Positions 19,905 through 28,569 of a DNA stretch of 63,924 nt are shown in pieces. This stretch comes from Planctomycetota bacterium. Lineage in GTDB: Bacteria > Planctomycetota > Planctomycetia > Pirellulales > Thermoguttaceae. Where the stretch lies: the NCBI GenBank assembly GCA_018897395.1, contig JAHIKV010000324.1:1-63924 (forward strand). The letters run 5' to 3'. Every line of letters starts with the position of its first letter. The first letter of the stretch is position 1. The notes under the pieces were generated by a model. It was not told where the DNA came from. It was given only the letters and a program-made list of their open reading frames with translations, and searched no databases. Position numbers and translations under genes: made by a program.

Positions 19905-19926
19905 GCGGCCCAAATTAATGGGCCGC
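19905..19926. terminator. bidirectional-looking hairpin
   Basis: AAAA-GCGGCCCA-AAUUAA-UGGGCCGC-UUU. Confidence 0.5.
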
Positions 19927-20090
19927 TTTGTAGCCTTGCCATACCCCGCCGAACCACACCACACCATTCCACGCCGAGCCATGCCGAACCAAACCGGACC
20001 TAACCACGCCGTGCCAAACCCTGCCTAGCAAAGGCGTTATGGGACAGATTCGAGTTCGTGTAAACTCCCAAACACGGAAGCTGGCTGAAC

Positions 20091-20285
20091 ATGGCCGAGA
20101 TAGAGTTGAACGTGCTCACGGGACAATGTTTGAAAAGAAGGATCGACGATATCGATGTTGTCAGAAGAGAGGTACGGGCATGGCAAGAATACAGGAACAA
20201 CAAGAACGCCAAGGTCAACTGGCAGTTTACAACAGAGGATGCCCGGATAAAGCTATCGCGTCTTTACCCGACACTTGAGGGTTGA
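20091..20285 (+). pseudogene. IS630-family transposase C-terminal remnant
   Basis: MAEIELNVLTGQCLKRRI...WQFTTEDARIKLSRLYP aligns with the last ~64 aa of the intact copy (MAEIELSILSRQCLSRRI...WRFTTDDARIKLKKLYP). Confidence 0.75.
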
Positions 20286-20560
20286 CGCGACACTAGACGG
20301 AAACAGCCGCCAGGAGATCGCTTTCACTACCATCATGGCTGAGGGCGGGGCTGTGGGTTTCTACAACAACGAGGTAACCTGGAGCATCGGGAGGTGTGCA
20401 GTGAGTGTAAGCGGCAATAACCAAAATGTACGTGACAACAACATCGACCATATGGGCAATCCGGGCTGCAGATGCTTCCCTGAAACAACTGTGATGATCG
20501 AGGGCAACGCAGGTGACCGATTTCACCTTAAACTTTATTTCTAAGATGCCTGAGAACAAA

Positions 20561-20794
20561 CTACCATTCTATACTCGCGGTTCCGTCTGATTTTCTGCCG
20601 CCTTTGACCCGACCGACAGATTTTCCACAGGCGGGACATTTTCTATATCCTTTCTCGCCTTGGGGATCGACATGCATCCGAGTATCGCTGACTATGAATA
20701 CTTTCTTACATGCAGGGCATGTAAGGGCAGCATTGTTTCCTTCCCAATCTTCATCATGTTTAAGCTCGTTATGGATGAGATTTCTGATTGGCAT
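20561..20794 (-). CDS. zinc-ribbon protein, unknown function
   Basis: 77 aa with CPACKK...CPACGK pairs. Confidence 0.5.
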   Translation of the reverse strand: MPIRNLIHNELKHDEDWEGNNAALTCPACKKVFIVSDTRMHVDPQGEKGYRKCPACGKSVGRVKGGRKSDGTASIEW

Positions 20795-21114
20795 ATTGGC
20801 CCTTCCATTAGTTGTGCCGCTTAAGCCGGTATTTCCCCATTGGCCCCCTCCAACACCTGTTTCTTATCACGAATCCGGCCTTTCCCTCAAGGTTGACAAC
20901 CTCGGGAACTCCCTGCGCCGCTTCGCTCTCTCCCAAGAGAGGTTTCACCCGATATCCTTCATATACCGCTTCCAACGCCGATATTCTACCACGATTCGAG
21001 CCTTTCCAGCATGGTCGACTGGAATCTGCGGCATGCTCGCCGATTGACCTCTCCACGTCACCTCCAGGCCTCGTATTTTTCCGTTGTCCGGATCCCGAAG
21101 CTCTGAGAGCCCTC

Positions 21115-21334
21115 CTTACGCCCGGCAAGCCGCCGGCGCGGGGCAAAGACCCCACGTATACCTTACCTTTGGCCCGGCGGCTGAAGCGGGGTCAACTTCC
21201 GGGTGATCCAGGAGGCCCTCGGGCACAAGAACATCTCCACCACACAGATCTACACCCACGTAGTCAATGAGGACGTCAGGCGGGCTATGAAGGGGGGGCC
21301 TGGGTTAGGTCGGAACCGCAGTGCTTACACTTGA
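21115..21334 (+). pseudogene. tyrosine recombinase 3' fragment, copy C (internally disrupted)
   Basis: LRPASRRRG, then a ~40-bp insert with a stop, then [41 protein letters not shown]...*. Core 21186-21290. The GPGLG tail is shared with copy A. Confidence 0.75.
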
Positions 21335-21381
21335 TTGCCATCATTTTCGTTGCTAATCCTCACCACTTATAGCCACAGTCC

Positions 21382-21819
21382 TTACATTTCATTGTTTTGT
21401 GAACCTTTCCAAGTCTCACCCACACCTGTGCCTTCAATTACCCGAAGGTCCTTACCTGATTTACTACATACAAACTCTTGTGATTCGGTTCCCTCAACTT
21501 CAAACACCGCAATTTCAATTTTTTCGTCTTCTTCGTGATATCGACCTCTAAGTTCACGTCCGTGTGTTTCGCCAGGTGGGGGGCCAACAAAAATGACGGC
21601 AGTACCGTCGCCAGTATCATCTCTCCGAAGCACCATTGTGTTCCCAGTGGTTCCATTTATATAGGATTTGACTTGGTTTGTATCCGAAGTACTGGTGGAT
21701 TCTTCACTCTTAGGTTCTGACGATGCTTCTTTCTGTTTTTGTTGTCCACACCCCACAACAACCAAACATCCAACAACCATAAAAACAACGACCAGGCCGA
21801 CAACAGACTTTATCGGCAT
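21382..21819 (-). CDS. lipoprotein
   Basis: Signal plus lipobox LVVVFMVVGCLVVVGCG, homologous to the N-terminus of 15663..16052. Confidence 0.6.
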   Translation of the reverse strand: MPIKSVVGLVVVFMVVGCLVVVGCGQQKQKEASSEPKSEESTSTSDTNQVKSYINGTTGNTMVLRRDDTGDGTAVIFVGPPPGETHGRELRGRYHEEDEKIEIAVFEVEGTESQEFVCSKSGKDLRVIEGTGVGETWKGSQNNEM

Positions 21820-22314
21820 CTAATCTCCCCTTCTTTCGACTTCTTTAGCAGCATCGTTATACTTGTTTGCGTTTTCAATGGCGAATGATAATTCCGCGTC
21901 ACCGGCTCTTAATATTTCTACGATTCGTTCTTCTGACCCCTCTGATAGCCCTAACGGTTGCCCTTTGGCGTTGTATTCTTCTGCACTCGCATCAAACGGG
22001 TCGAAGGCGTAGATTGCCTCAAACTTCTTAACCATAAGCTCCATGTTGTTATCACTATCGTCTTTCTCAACCCTCTCTATTGCCTCCTTGTAATCATCGT
22101 ACAGAGTTTGTAACTCGCTTCTGAATTGTTCGGGCGTATACGTCTTACCGCTGGGACTAATGTACTGTACCTCCTTAGACCCACAACCTATCGCTAACAA
22201 CCCAACTGAGAGTAAACACACAACCAGTAGAACAATGAACAGTCTCCGCAATTGAATCTCCCCCCCTGTCGTTGCCTTGCCGCTTATGGAATTACGCAGA
22301 TCCCTTTCATCCAA
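21820..22314 (-). CDS. lipoprotein, paralog of 22284..22691
   Basis: Lipobox LLAIGCG, then TPEQFRSELQTLYDDYKEA. The true start is probably internal. Confidence 0.55.
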   Translation of the reverse strand: MDERDLRNSISGKATTGGEIQLRRLFIVLLVVCLLSVGLLAIGCGSKEVQYISPSGKTYTPEQFRSELQTLYDDYKEAIERVEKDDSDNNMELMVKKFEAIYAFDPFDASAEEYNAKGQPLGLSEGSEERIVEILRAGDAELSFAIENANKYNDAAKEVERRGD

Positions 22315-22691
22315 CTGCCGAGCTGTTCGTCATTGAACGTCAAGACCTCTTCTATGATGTCCTCCTGGGCGCTGTTTGGGCCAGGTGATACCAAGTCGTA
22401 ACCCAGTTGGAAGCCCAATACCTCAAGTTTATCAGCGGCTTCAGATGCCTTGTCTAACGCATCCATGTCCATTTCCGGGCCTTCTAAGTACGCATTGCTT
22501 GCCTCTTGGTACTCCCCGTAAAGTGTTTTAAGTTCGATCCTGTATTCCTCCGGGGTCATCTCCCGGCCCCCAACAGAATAAGTGGCTACGCCGCCGCAAC
22601 CAAGTAACGACACAGCTACAAACATCAAGGCCACTAACAAGCACACACCTTTTCTCACTTGGACCCCCCCTCGTTGCCTCCTAGTTGCCAA
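22284..22691 (-). CDS. lipoprotein, paralog of 21820..22314
   Basis: Lipobox SLLGCGG, then TPEEYRIELKTLYGEYQEA. Confidence 0.55.
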   Translation of the reverse strand: MATRRQRGGVQVRKGVCLLVALMFVAVSLLGCGGVATYSVGGREMTPEEYRIELKTLYGEYQEASNAYLEGPEMDMDALDKASEAADKLEVLGFQLGYDLVSPGPNSAQEDIIEEVLTFNDEQLGSWMKGICVIP

Positions 22692-22856
22692 CCAATACTA
22701 TCACGGGACTACCCCTCCGCGGCCCTCTTCATCCTTCTCCGCCAGCTCCACTTAGCGTTAGCTCTTGCCTCCTCGAGGGATTGCTCCAACAACTCCACCT
22801 TTTTGTCCAGGACCTCCACGGTTACCTGGACCTCGTCTCTCTCCTTTTTCACCTGG

Positions 22857-23067
22857 TCAGCCTCTTCCCTCGTCTTCTCCGCCTGTTCCTTCAGCTGGTC
22901 CCTTTTCATCTGGCTGCTTTTCTACCCCAGGTTCTTCCCTTCCCTCCTTATTCGACCCTTGCAGTCCCTCAATTTCTCGTACAGCCTCTTCTCTCTCTTC
23001 GCCTACGAGTTTTACTACAGTAATACAATTTACAAGGTCTCCCGGGCAGTACTTTACCGTGTGCCTA
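22857..23067 (-). pseudogene. 3' part of a gene split by IS630
   Basis: Deleting 23068-24275 (the IS plus one TA) joins this frame to 24276..24511, giving one 148-codon ORF ending at TGA 22859-22857. Confidence 0.55.
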
Positions 23068-23075
23068 GTACTCTG

Positions 23076-23702
23076 TCATTCGCCAAATGATGGGTAGAGT
23101 TTCTTCAATTTGATCCTAGCATCGTCGGTGGTGAAACGCCAGTCGATGGATGAGTTTTTAGCGTTGCGCGCTTTCTCCCACGCTGCTACCTCATCTCGTA
23201 ATCTCTGCTGGTCGGGAATCCTACGCGAGAGGCACTGGCGGGAAAGGATGCTCAACTCGATCTCCGCCATATTCAGCCAGCTGCCATGCTTCGGGGTGTA
23301 GTGAAGCTCAAGGCGGCACAGTATCCGTCTTGCCTCTTCGGGAGCGAACGCCTCGTAAAGCGAGGAGGGGCAGTGTGTGTTCAAGTTGTCCATGACCACC
23401 GTGATTCTTTTCGCACTGGGGAAGTGCTCGTCCACCAGTTCGCGCATCCCAAGAGCCCAGTCGATCTTCGTCCGCCTGTCGGTGACCTTAACATGCCGCC
23501 AGCCCTCCAAGGGCGCGAAGAACATGAACAGGTTGCTGACGCCGTTGCGCCGGTACTCGGAATCGTAGCGGCGGCCTCGGCCCTGCTTCATGGCATGAGG
23601 CTCGCGCACCTCCATGATCTGCTGCTTGCTCGTCTCATCCATGCAGACAAGGGGGCGCTCCGCGTCACAGGGGCGCGTGTACACCTCAAGAACATCCTCC
23701 AT
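23076..23702 (-). CDS. IS630 transposase, DDE catalytic part (orfB frame)
   Basis: MEDVLEVYTRP...VCMDETSKQ...VVMDNLNTH...WLNMAEIELS is typical of the IS630/Tc1 DDE domain. Confidence 0.85.
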   Translation of the reverse strand: MEDVLEVYTRPCDAERPLVCMDETSKQQIMEVREPHAMKQGRGRRYDSEYRRNGVSNLFMFFAPLEGWRHVKVTDRRTKIDWALGMRELVDEHFPSAKRITVVMDNLNTHCPSSLYEAFAPEEARRILCRLELHYTPKHGSWLNMAEIELSILSRQCLSRRIPDQQRLRDEVAAWEKARNAKNSSIDWRFTTDDARIKLKKLYPSFGE

Positions 23703-23734
23703 CTTCCATACGAACTCGGCGCTGGCAACTGGTG

Positions 23735-24199
23735 CTATACACCACTCTTTGACAAGCCACGGTTTAATTTCGTTTTTTTTAGAACCTGGCGGACCGTCTC
23801 ATGGGAGAGGCTGTCCACATAGGCAAGCTCAACCATCTTCCCGGCCAGCATGCGCAGGGTCCAGCGAGTGTGACCCTCCGGCGCCTCGCTGCATGCCAGC
23901 GCGATCAGATGCGCCTCCTGCTCACCGTCAAGTTTCCTTGCATATGGTCTCGGCTTGATGCTGCGGGCTCCCAGGGCAATGTCCATTCCCTCCTCCACAA
24001 ACCGCTGGCGGATACGTTGCACCGTCGGGAGACTGACAAGAAACGCTTCACGGATCCTCTCGTCTGTCCATCCGGCATCAGCTTTGAGCAGTACGTGTGC
24101 CCACCTGATCCTTCTTGCCGAATGTTTCCCGGTGCTGATTATCTCCTTCAGCTCGTCCCGCTCCTCCTCGGTCAGATCAACAACATATTTCTTGTTCAT
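23735..24199 (-). CDS. IS630 transposase, N-terminal HTH part (orfA frame)
   Basis: DLTEEERDELKEII...ARRIRWAHVLLKADAGW, and a second HTH with SHETVRQVLKK. Ends shortly after an A8 run. Confidence 0.85.
   Translation of the reverse strand: MNKKYVVDLTEEERDELKEIISTGKHSARRIRWAHVLLKADAGWTDERIREAFLVSLPTVQRIRQRFVEEGMDIALGARSIKPRPYARKLDGEQEAHLIALACSEAPEGHTRWTLRMLAGKMVELAYVDSLSHETVRQVLKKTKLNRGLSKSGV
23773..23780 (-). other. A8 slippery run linking transposase orfA and orfB
   Basis: On the coding strand, CUA AAA AAA ACG. A -1 slip on A_AAA_AAA, or one extra A, continues as NEIKPWLVKEWCIAPVASAEFVWKMEDVLEVY into orfB. Confidence 0.55.
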
Positions 24200-24275
24200 G
24201 ATCCCTCCTGTAGAGTATCTCCTACAGGAGAGTATACGATTCAGAACGTATCATGTCAAGCTAGACAGAGTACTA

Positions 24276-24511
24276 GTAGCATCTCGGGTGCAGAGCGTTC
24301 CGTACTCTTTTTCGAGTATGTTGGTTACAACGCGTTTCTTCTCGCTTTTGCTTTCAAACTTACCCCATTCCTTGTTTTTCATAAACGCTTCCCGGGTTTT
24401 AACGACAAACGCCTCATCCACCGCTACTTCCGGGTGGCACTTTCGGCAAAGCTCGCATATTGAGCAAACCTGACCGTTCTCGTCCCCACACTCCTTGCAT
24501 TTAACTGCCAA
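24276..24511 (-). pseudogene. 5' part of the gene split by IS630 (zinc-ribbon N-terminus)
   Basis: TTG start with a GGGGAG RBS. MAVKCKECGDENGQVCSICELCRKC... The annotated ORF runs into the IS end. Confidence 0.55.
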
Positions 24512-24666
24512 TTCTCCCCGTTTCTACGTTCTCTTACTCCTGGATATATCGTTCCACTGGTTTCCCGCCATGAAAGTCAGCCCATCTCTTCATGTGACCT
24601 TCTATGGTTCCCCTCCACTCGCTTTCCCAAGACGTTCGACGTCTCGTCGGTTTCGGGTCCCGGTAT

Positions 24667-25413
24667 TCAGTTGTCGCTGCCTCCTTCAATCTCCCTGCGA
24701 ACCCCTTCCCTGGAGCGAAGGTCTGTGTGGTCAAGAGACTTGCCGTCCCGGTAACCTTGTGAGTATGCGGTTTCGTCCCCAAAGGCGGTGAGCTTCCTTT
24801 TTACACCATTGGTCATCTTCAAATCGTTGACATAGTCTATGACCATCGCGTTTTGCGTTAACACAAGCGCTTTCGACTCTACCTGCTCTCGGAATTTGTT
24901 CTCGAGACCGCTCACGAAGCCTCCGAGGTAATCGTTTCGTATCCTCATGGTTAAGCCGCGTGAACCCTTTCTCCCCCGGGTACTCTCTTTCTTCCACTTG
25001 GTTAAGAAACGATGGAAACATGTTGTGAACGCCCCAAACGCAAACATCAAGGTCTCCTTGCAGACCGCAACATCAGTCTCCAGTCCTATGAGGACAAACT
25101 TGCTCCCCATCCTACTGCCGCCGTAATCGTCTGTCCGAACACATGGCGTTACCCTAAAGTTCTCGCAGATCGGCCTGGTGATCATGAGTTTCCACGTGCT
25201 GGCGGACTTCATGCCGTCTTCTAGCGTTTCCTGTACGACCCGCTCTTCATCTTCCTCGTCGTCCAGGTCACCGACCTCCTCCATGGTTAGCCCGGCGCCG
25301 AGAAGAATCTCCTGCGCTTTCAACAGCGCCGCGAACGCCTCTTCCTCGTATGGTGTTCCGTCGGCAAGCCTCAGTAGCTTTTTCACTTTCGTTACGGTCT
25401 GTGACTTAAGCAA
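24667..25413 (-). CDS. DUF2786-domain protein (phage/plasmid-associated)
   Basis: N-terminus KVKKLLRLADGTPYEEEAFAALLKAQEIL is the DUF2786 signature. The start may be GTG 25386. Confidence 0.7.
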   Translation of the reverse strand: MLKSQTVTKVKKLLRLADGTPYEEEAFAALLKAQEILLGAGLTMEEVGDLDDEEDEERVVQETLEDGMKSASTWKLMITRPICENFRVTPCVRTDDYGGSRMGSKFVLIGLETDVAVCKETLMFAFGAFTTCFHRFLTKWKKESTRGRKGSRGLTMRIRNDYLGGFVSGLENKFREQVESKALVLTQNAMVIDYVNDLKMTNGVKRKLTAFGDETAYSQGYRDGKSLDHTDLRSREGVRREIEGGSDN

Positions 25414-25475
25414 CTATGGTTCAACCCCTTTGTTTCCCATCCTCAAACCGAATATCATCTACTATGTCGATAACA

Positions 25476-25730
25476 TCAATGAACTCGTCGGCAGCCCGTA
25501 TCAACTCCTCGGATGCCCTGTACCCGTTTATCTCGTAGATCTCTCTTGCCTCCGTGCTGGCCAGAATAGTAATATGCTCTGAGCAGCATCCCGTTCTGCG
25601 TCAGTAATTTCAGGAGCTTCACGTAATCAACCTTGAGTTGTAACGGTTCCCAGGTGGCCGATCGCCAGTTCCACCCATCCATGAATATTGCTGTTCGCCC
25701 CAGCTGTGTCACGGTGTAAGAAAGGTTCAT
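25476..25730 (-). CDS. NYN/LabA-like N-terminal fragment, possibly frameshifted
   Basis: TAIFMDGWNW...VDYVKLLKLL...LLRAYYY resembles the start of NYN-domain RNases. The frame ends early, and an adjacent frame stays open to about 25425. Confidence 0.35.
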   Translation of the reverse strand: MNLSYTVTQLGRTAIFMDGWNWRSATWEPLQLKVDYVKLLKLLTQNGMLLRAYYYSGQHGGKRDLRDKRVQGIRGVDTGCRRVH

Positions 25731-25741
25731 CTTGTTGATCG

Positions 25742-26656
25742 TTACCCACCTCTTATCTGTTCGTTCCGTCCGGTTACGCCGGCTCCAACGAGTATCTCGC
25801 CCTTATCCTCTCGCGCTTCGTACGCTTTTTCCGCCCTTGCGTGGTCTTCAACCGCATAACAGTAGATGCACCCGTGAGGGCACGAGTTATATGCGCCGAT
25901 GTCTCGAGACTCAAAACAGCAACACCCTTCCCTGTTCCCCTTCCTTTTTGCCTTGATTGGGTAGCCGGCCACGTCTGACAACCTGTAGGCGTCAACGCAG
26001 GCTGCCTCTTGCGCCCCGCCAACCGCATATTTCTTCTGAGAGCAAACGCTTAACTGCATCCTTCTTTCCGCCGCCACCTGCACCAGGTCTGACACCAGCT
26101 CTCTTTTTGACCAGTCTGATGGGTCAAACCACCTGAATCCCTGTTCTGCCGCAGCCCTGTTCATGTTCGTCGTGGTTTTTTGATACATCTGTGCGAATGA
26201 AACCACTACCTCATCTACCGCCCCCTCCAATGCTCTGGCCATTGCGTTGAACCTCGTTATATGCTGTTCTAACGTCATCGTGTTTGTCACCACTATTGGG
26301 TCATACCTCCACACCACGGTCCTCGGACCGTACCGTTCAGCCACCGCATGGGCCTGCTCAACAGAATCCCTCCAATCAACAACGCGCCCTTCGAGCTCTC
26401 TGGGATAACCATTAATCGTGTGCTGGATGATAAACGGGTAGCCGAGCGCGTCTATTTCTTCCAAATGGGGCAAGAAAGGGCCTAAGTTCTTGGTCCAGAA
26501 CACAAAGCCGTCAACATCGTCTCTGCCTAGAGGCACCCGGTTCTCGGTGCCGTTGTAGGGGTTACTTACCTTGCAGTGCCCCTCACGGAGCCTGGCCATG
26601 AACCATTCCCCGTAAAACGCCGGTATGTCGGTTCTGTAGCTTGCAGATATTATCAA
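25742..26656 (-). CDS. DUF1848-domain protein
   Basis: IISASYRTDIPAFYGEWF, VDGFVFWTKN, and a C-terminal Cys cluster CCCFESRDIGAYNSCPHGCIYCYA. Confidence 0.75.
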   Translation of the reverse strand: MIISASYRTDIPAFYGEWFMARLREGHCKVSNPYNGTENRVPLGRDDVDGFVFWTKNLGPFLPHLEEIDALGYPFIIQHTINGYPRELEGRVVDWRDSVEQAHAVAERYGPRTVVWRYDPIVVTNTMTLEQHITRFNAMARALEGAVDEVVVSFAQMYQKTTTNMNRAAAEQGFRWFDPSDWSKRELVSDLVQVAAERRMQLSVCSQKKYAVGGAQEAACVDAYRLSDVAGYPIKAKRKGNREGCCCFESRDIGAYNSCPHGCIYCYAVEDHARAEKAYEAREDKGEILVGAGVTGRNEQIRGG

Positions 26657-26724
26657 TATTCCCCTTTGGCTGCTTGCGCCCTATTATCCTACAAGGCATC
26701 AACATTCTCACGTGGACGTTGTAG

Positions 26725-27042
26725 CTACCACCCCCTTGCTATTGTCTCTGTGAACGTGTATCCGCGGCCAAGCCCGGTCGGTGCCGACACCCTCAGGGCT
26801 TCTCCAGATGCCCGCGCGGCGACTATCTCTCGAACCCCGTCGCCCGTGAGGTCGTCATTGTTGAAGAAGAGATCGTCCACCATCGCCTGCACTACAGCAT
26901 CCTCATCTTCATAATCGAACTCCGCCAGCTCGCTTGGCTCCATGAGCGAAAGGTAATACTTGACCAATATCGCCCCTGCCTTGCGCCACGCCATCCGGAA
27001 CTGCTCGTTGTCTCGGTCTCTTTCTGGTATAGTTATTGCCAT
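26725..27042 (-). CDS. hypothetical protein
   Basis: Started at ATG 27042 (GGAGGT RBS), downstream of the conserved promoter at 27089-27117. Confidence 0.5.
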   Translation of the reverse strand: MAITIPERDRDNEQFRMAWRKAGAILVKYYLSLMEPSELAEFDYEDEDAVVQAMVDDLFFNNDDLTGDGVREIVAARASGEALRVSAPTGLGRGYTFTETIARGW

Positions 27043-27088
27043 GTTCTCTACCTCCGTTTCAAGGGGCTCTTGCTTTTTGCCTAGAACC

Positions 27089-27117
27089 ATAATATTATGG
27101 TAGAGATAGTACGTCAA
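27089..27117 (-). promoter_or_regulatory. element-type promoter
   Basis: GTTGACGTACTATCTCTACCATAA-TATTAT (TTGACG, 17 nt, TATTAT). Confidence 0.7.
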
Positions 27118-27135
27118 CATATGGAGGTGTCGCAC

Positions 27136-27549
27136 ATGGTGGAACAAGAGAATCAGTATCTGGTCTTCTACGAGAGAGTCCTATTGGCCTCAGCTATCAT
27201 CTTTGGGTTCATCGGCGGCTTCACGATTTATCTCACCTGCACGCCTGACACCCCTGCCAATTCAACGGTTCAGGTATTCCTCATAATATCTCTGGCCATG
27301 CTGTCCTTTTCTGTCTTCTCTGGCCTTCTCGCGCCTCTTTACTTCATGTCTTACTGCACCAAAGATCCGTACGGATCCCTTCTGTTTTTCAGGAGGAAGG
27401 AAGAGGTTAAGGGAGACGAAGCCCTGAACCAGTTGCAGAAGGACAAGAAGCGAAATTACGAGAGCCTCTTTCTTTTCCAGTTGACGTTTTTCGTTCTTGG
27501 CCAACTTTTCCTTTTCGTTGCCATATTCGTCAACATGTTCTGGGACTGA
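27136..27549 (+). CDS. small membrane protein
   Basis: ATG 27136 preceded by GGAGGTG. Three hydrophobic segments. AT-richer than its surroundings. Confidence 0.45.
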   Translation: MVEQENQYLVFYERVLLASAIIFGFIGGFTIYLTCTPDTPANSTVQVFLIISLAMLSFSVFSGLLAPLYFMSYCTKDPYGSLLFFRRKEEVKGDEALNQLQKDKKRNYESLFLFQLTFFVLGQLFLFVAIFVNMFWD

Positions 27550-27632
27550 GGCCCATTCTTCGTCAATCTTGAACCAGCCAGTACTGGTCGACGTCTTACC
27601 CGGGGAACAGAACCTCTCTGCCAGTTGTTTGT

Positions 27633-27721
27633 TGGTGCCGACGGAGGGATTCGAACCCCCACGCCCGTTGCCGGACACCTGGATTTAAGCCAAGCGCGTC
27701 TTCCAGTTCCGCCACGTCGGC
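27633..27721 (-). tRNA. tRNA-Leu(UAA)
   Basis: Acceptor GCCGACG/CGUCGGC, anticodon loop CU-UAA-AU, long variable arm, T-loop UUCGAAU, CCA encoded. Confidence 0.85.
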
Positions 27722-27797
27722 TGGTAGCCCCTGCTGGTCTCGAACCAGCGGCCTCCTGTTTGTAAGACAGGCGCTCTCCCTGCTGAGCTAAGGGGCT
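27722..27797 (-). tRNA. tRNA-Val(UAC)
   Basis: Loop CU-UAC-AA, A1-U72, CCA encoded. Confidence 0.85.
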
Positions 27798-27801
27798 GTG
27801 T

Positions 27802-27888
27802 TGGTACCGGTGGAGAGAGTCGAACTCCCACGCCCTTTCGGACACCTGGTCCTAAGCCAGGCGCGTCTTCCAGTTCCGCCACACCGGC
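27802..27888 (-). tRNA. tRNA-Leu(UAG)
   Basis: Loop CU-UAG-GA, long variable arm, CCA encoded. Confidence 0.85.
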
Positions 27889-28051
27889 ACGGTTACCGCA
27901 ACAGCCATTAACCCCGGTTCCGTTCTACCCGGCCATCTATCTCGAGGCTTTATGCACCCCAGGTCATTGTTTCCCCCGGAGTTTCTCCTAAGGAACACTC
28001 GTTCCTCAGCGACAGGTGGTTGTCGCGGCAATATTCAGTTTTCAAGGTAGC

Positions 28052-28139
28052 TGGTGGCCGCACCAGGATTCGAACCTGGATGCTCGATGCGAACGGGAGC
28101 TTTTGAGGCCCCTGCGTCTTCCAATTCCGCCATACGGCC
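28052..28139 (-). tRNA. tRNA-Leu(CAA)
   Basis: Loop CU-CAA-AA, long variable arm, CCA encoded. Confidence 0.85.
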
Positions 28140-28142
28140 ATT

Positions 28143-28218
28143 TGGTCCCGAGGGCTGGGATTGAACCAGCGACGCCCTGGTCTTCGGCCAGGCGCTCTAC
28201 CGTCTGAGCTACCTCGGG
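28143..28218 (-). tRNA. tRNA-Phe(GAA), C33 variant
   Basis: Stem CCUGG/CCAGG, loop CC-GAA-GA (C at position 33), C1-G72, CCA encoded. Confidence 0.75.
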
Positions 28219-28221
28219 TTC

Positions 28222-28312
28222 TGGCGGAGAGAGCAGGACTCGAACCTGCAAGACGGCACTTGACCGTCCACGGGTTAGCAACCCGCTGCCTTACCAATTC
28301 GGCCACCTCTCC
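28222..28312 (-). tRNA. tRNA-Ser(GCU)
   Basis: Loop UU-GCU-AA, long variable arm, CCA encoded. Confidence 0.85.
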
Positions 28313-28313
28313 G

Positions 28314-28387
28314 TGGTTTGGGAGGGAGGGATCGAACCTCCAGCACCAGGTCCAAAGCCTGGCGTTCTACCGTTGAACTACTCCCAA
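28314..28387 (-). tRNA. tRNA-Gln(UUG)
   Basis: U1-A72, loop CU-UUG-GA, CCA encoded. Confidence 0.85.
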
Positions 28388-28388
28388 G

Positions 28389-28462
28389 TGGATGCCCGGG
28401 GAGGGGTCGAACCCCCGTCTCCTGGTCCAGGGCCAGGCGTCTTCCCACTAGACTACCGGGCA
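28389..28462 (-). tRNA. tRNA-Gln(CUG), C33 variant
   Basis: U1-A72, loop CC-CUG-GA (C33), CCA encoded. Confidence 0.75.
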
Positions 28463-28463
28463 T

Positions 28464-28556
28464 TGGCGGAGGGGAAGGGGATCGAACCCTTAAGACCCTC
28501 TCGGGCTCAACTGTTTTCAAGACAGTCTCCGTCGCCAGCCTTCGGATTGCCCCTCC
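28464..28556 (-). tRNA. tRNA-Ser(UGA)
   Basis: Acceptor GGAGGGG/CCCCUCC, G73, 3-bp D stem, loop CU-UGA-AA, long variable arm, CCA encoded. Confidence 0.8.
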
Positions 28557-28569
28557 GCACGCTTATAAT

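Larger units (their letters stand above)
23068..24273 (-). mobile_element. IS630-family insertion sequence, 1,206 bp
   Basis: Terminal inverted repeats GTACTCTGTC (23068-23077) and GACAGAGTAC (24264-24273). Flanking TA duplication inside a CTAG target (23065-23067 and 24274-24276). Confidence 0.85.

Noticed and set aside
20808-21270. 115-152-aa ORFs on both strands upstream of recombinase copy C
   Set aside because: They have no RBS and no motifs. The region looks like degenerate recombinase-gene remnant and spacer.
27560-27632. tRNA-like fragment after the last tRNA
   Set aside because: It contains a D-arm-like CAACTGGCAGAGAGG and a T-arm-like GGCTGGTTCAAGA. No acceptor stem or anticodon arm can be formed, so it is probably a decayed remnant.
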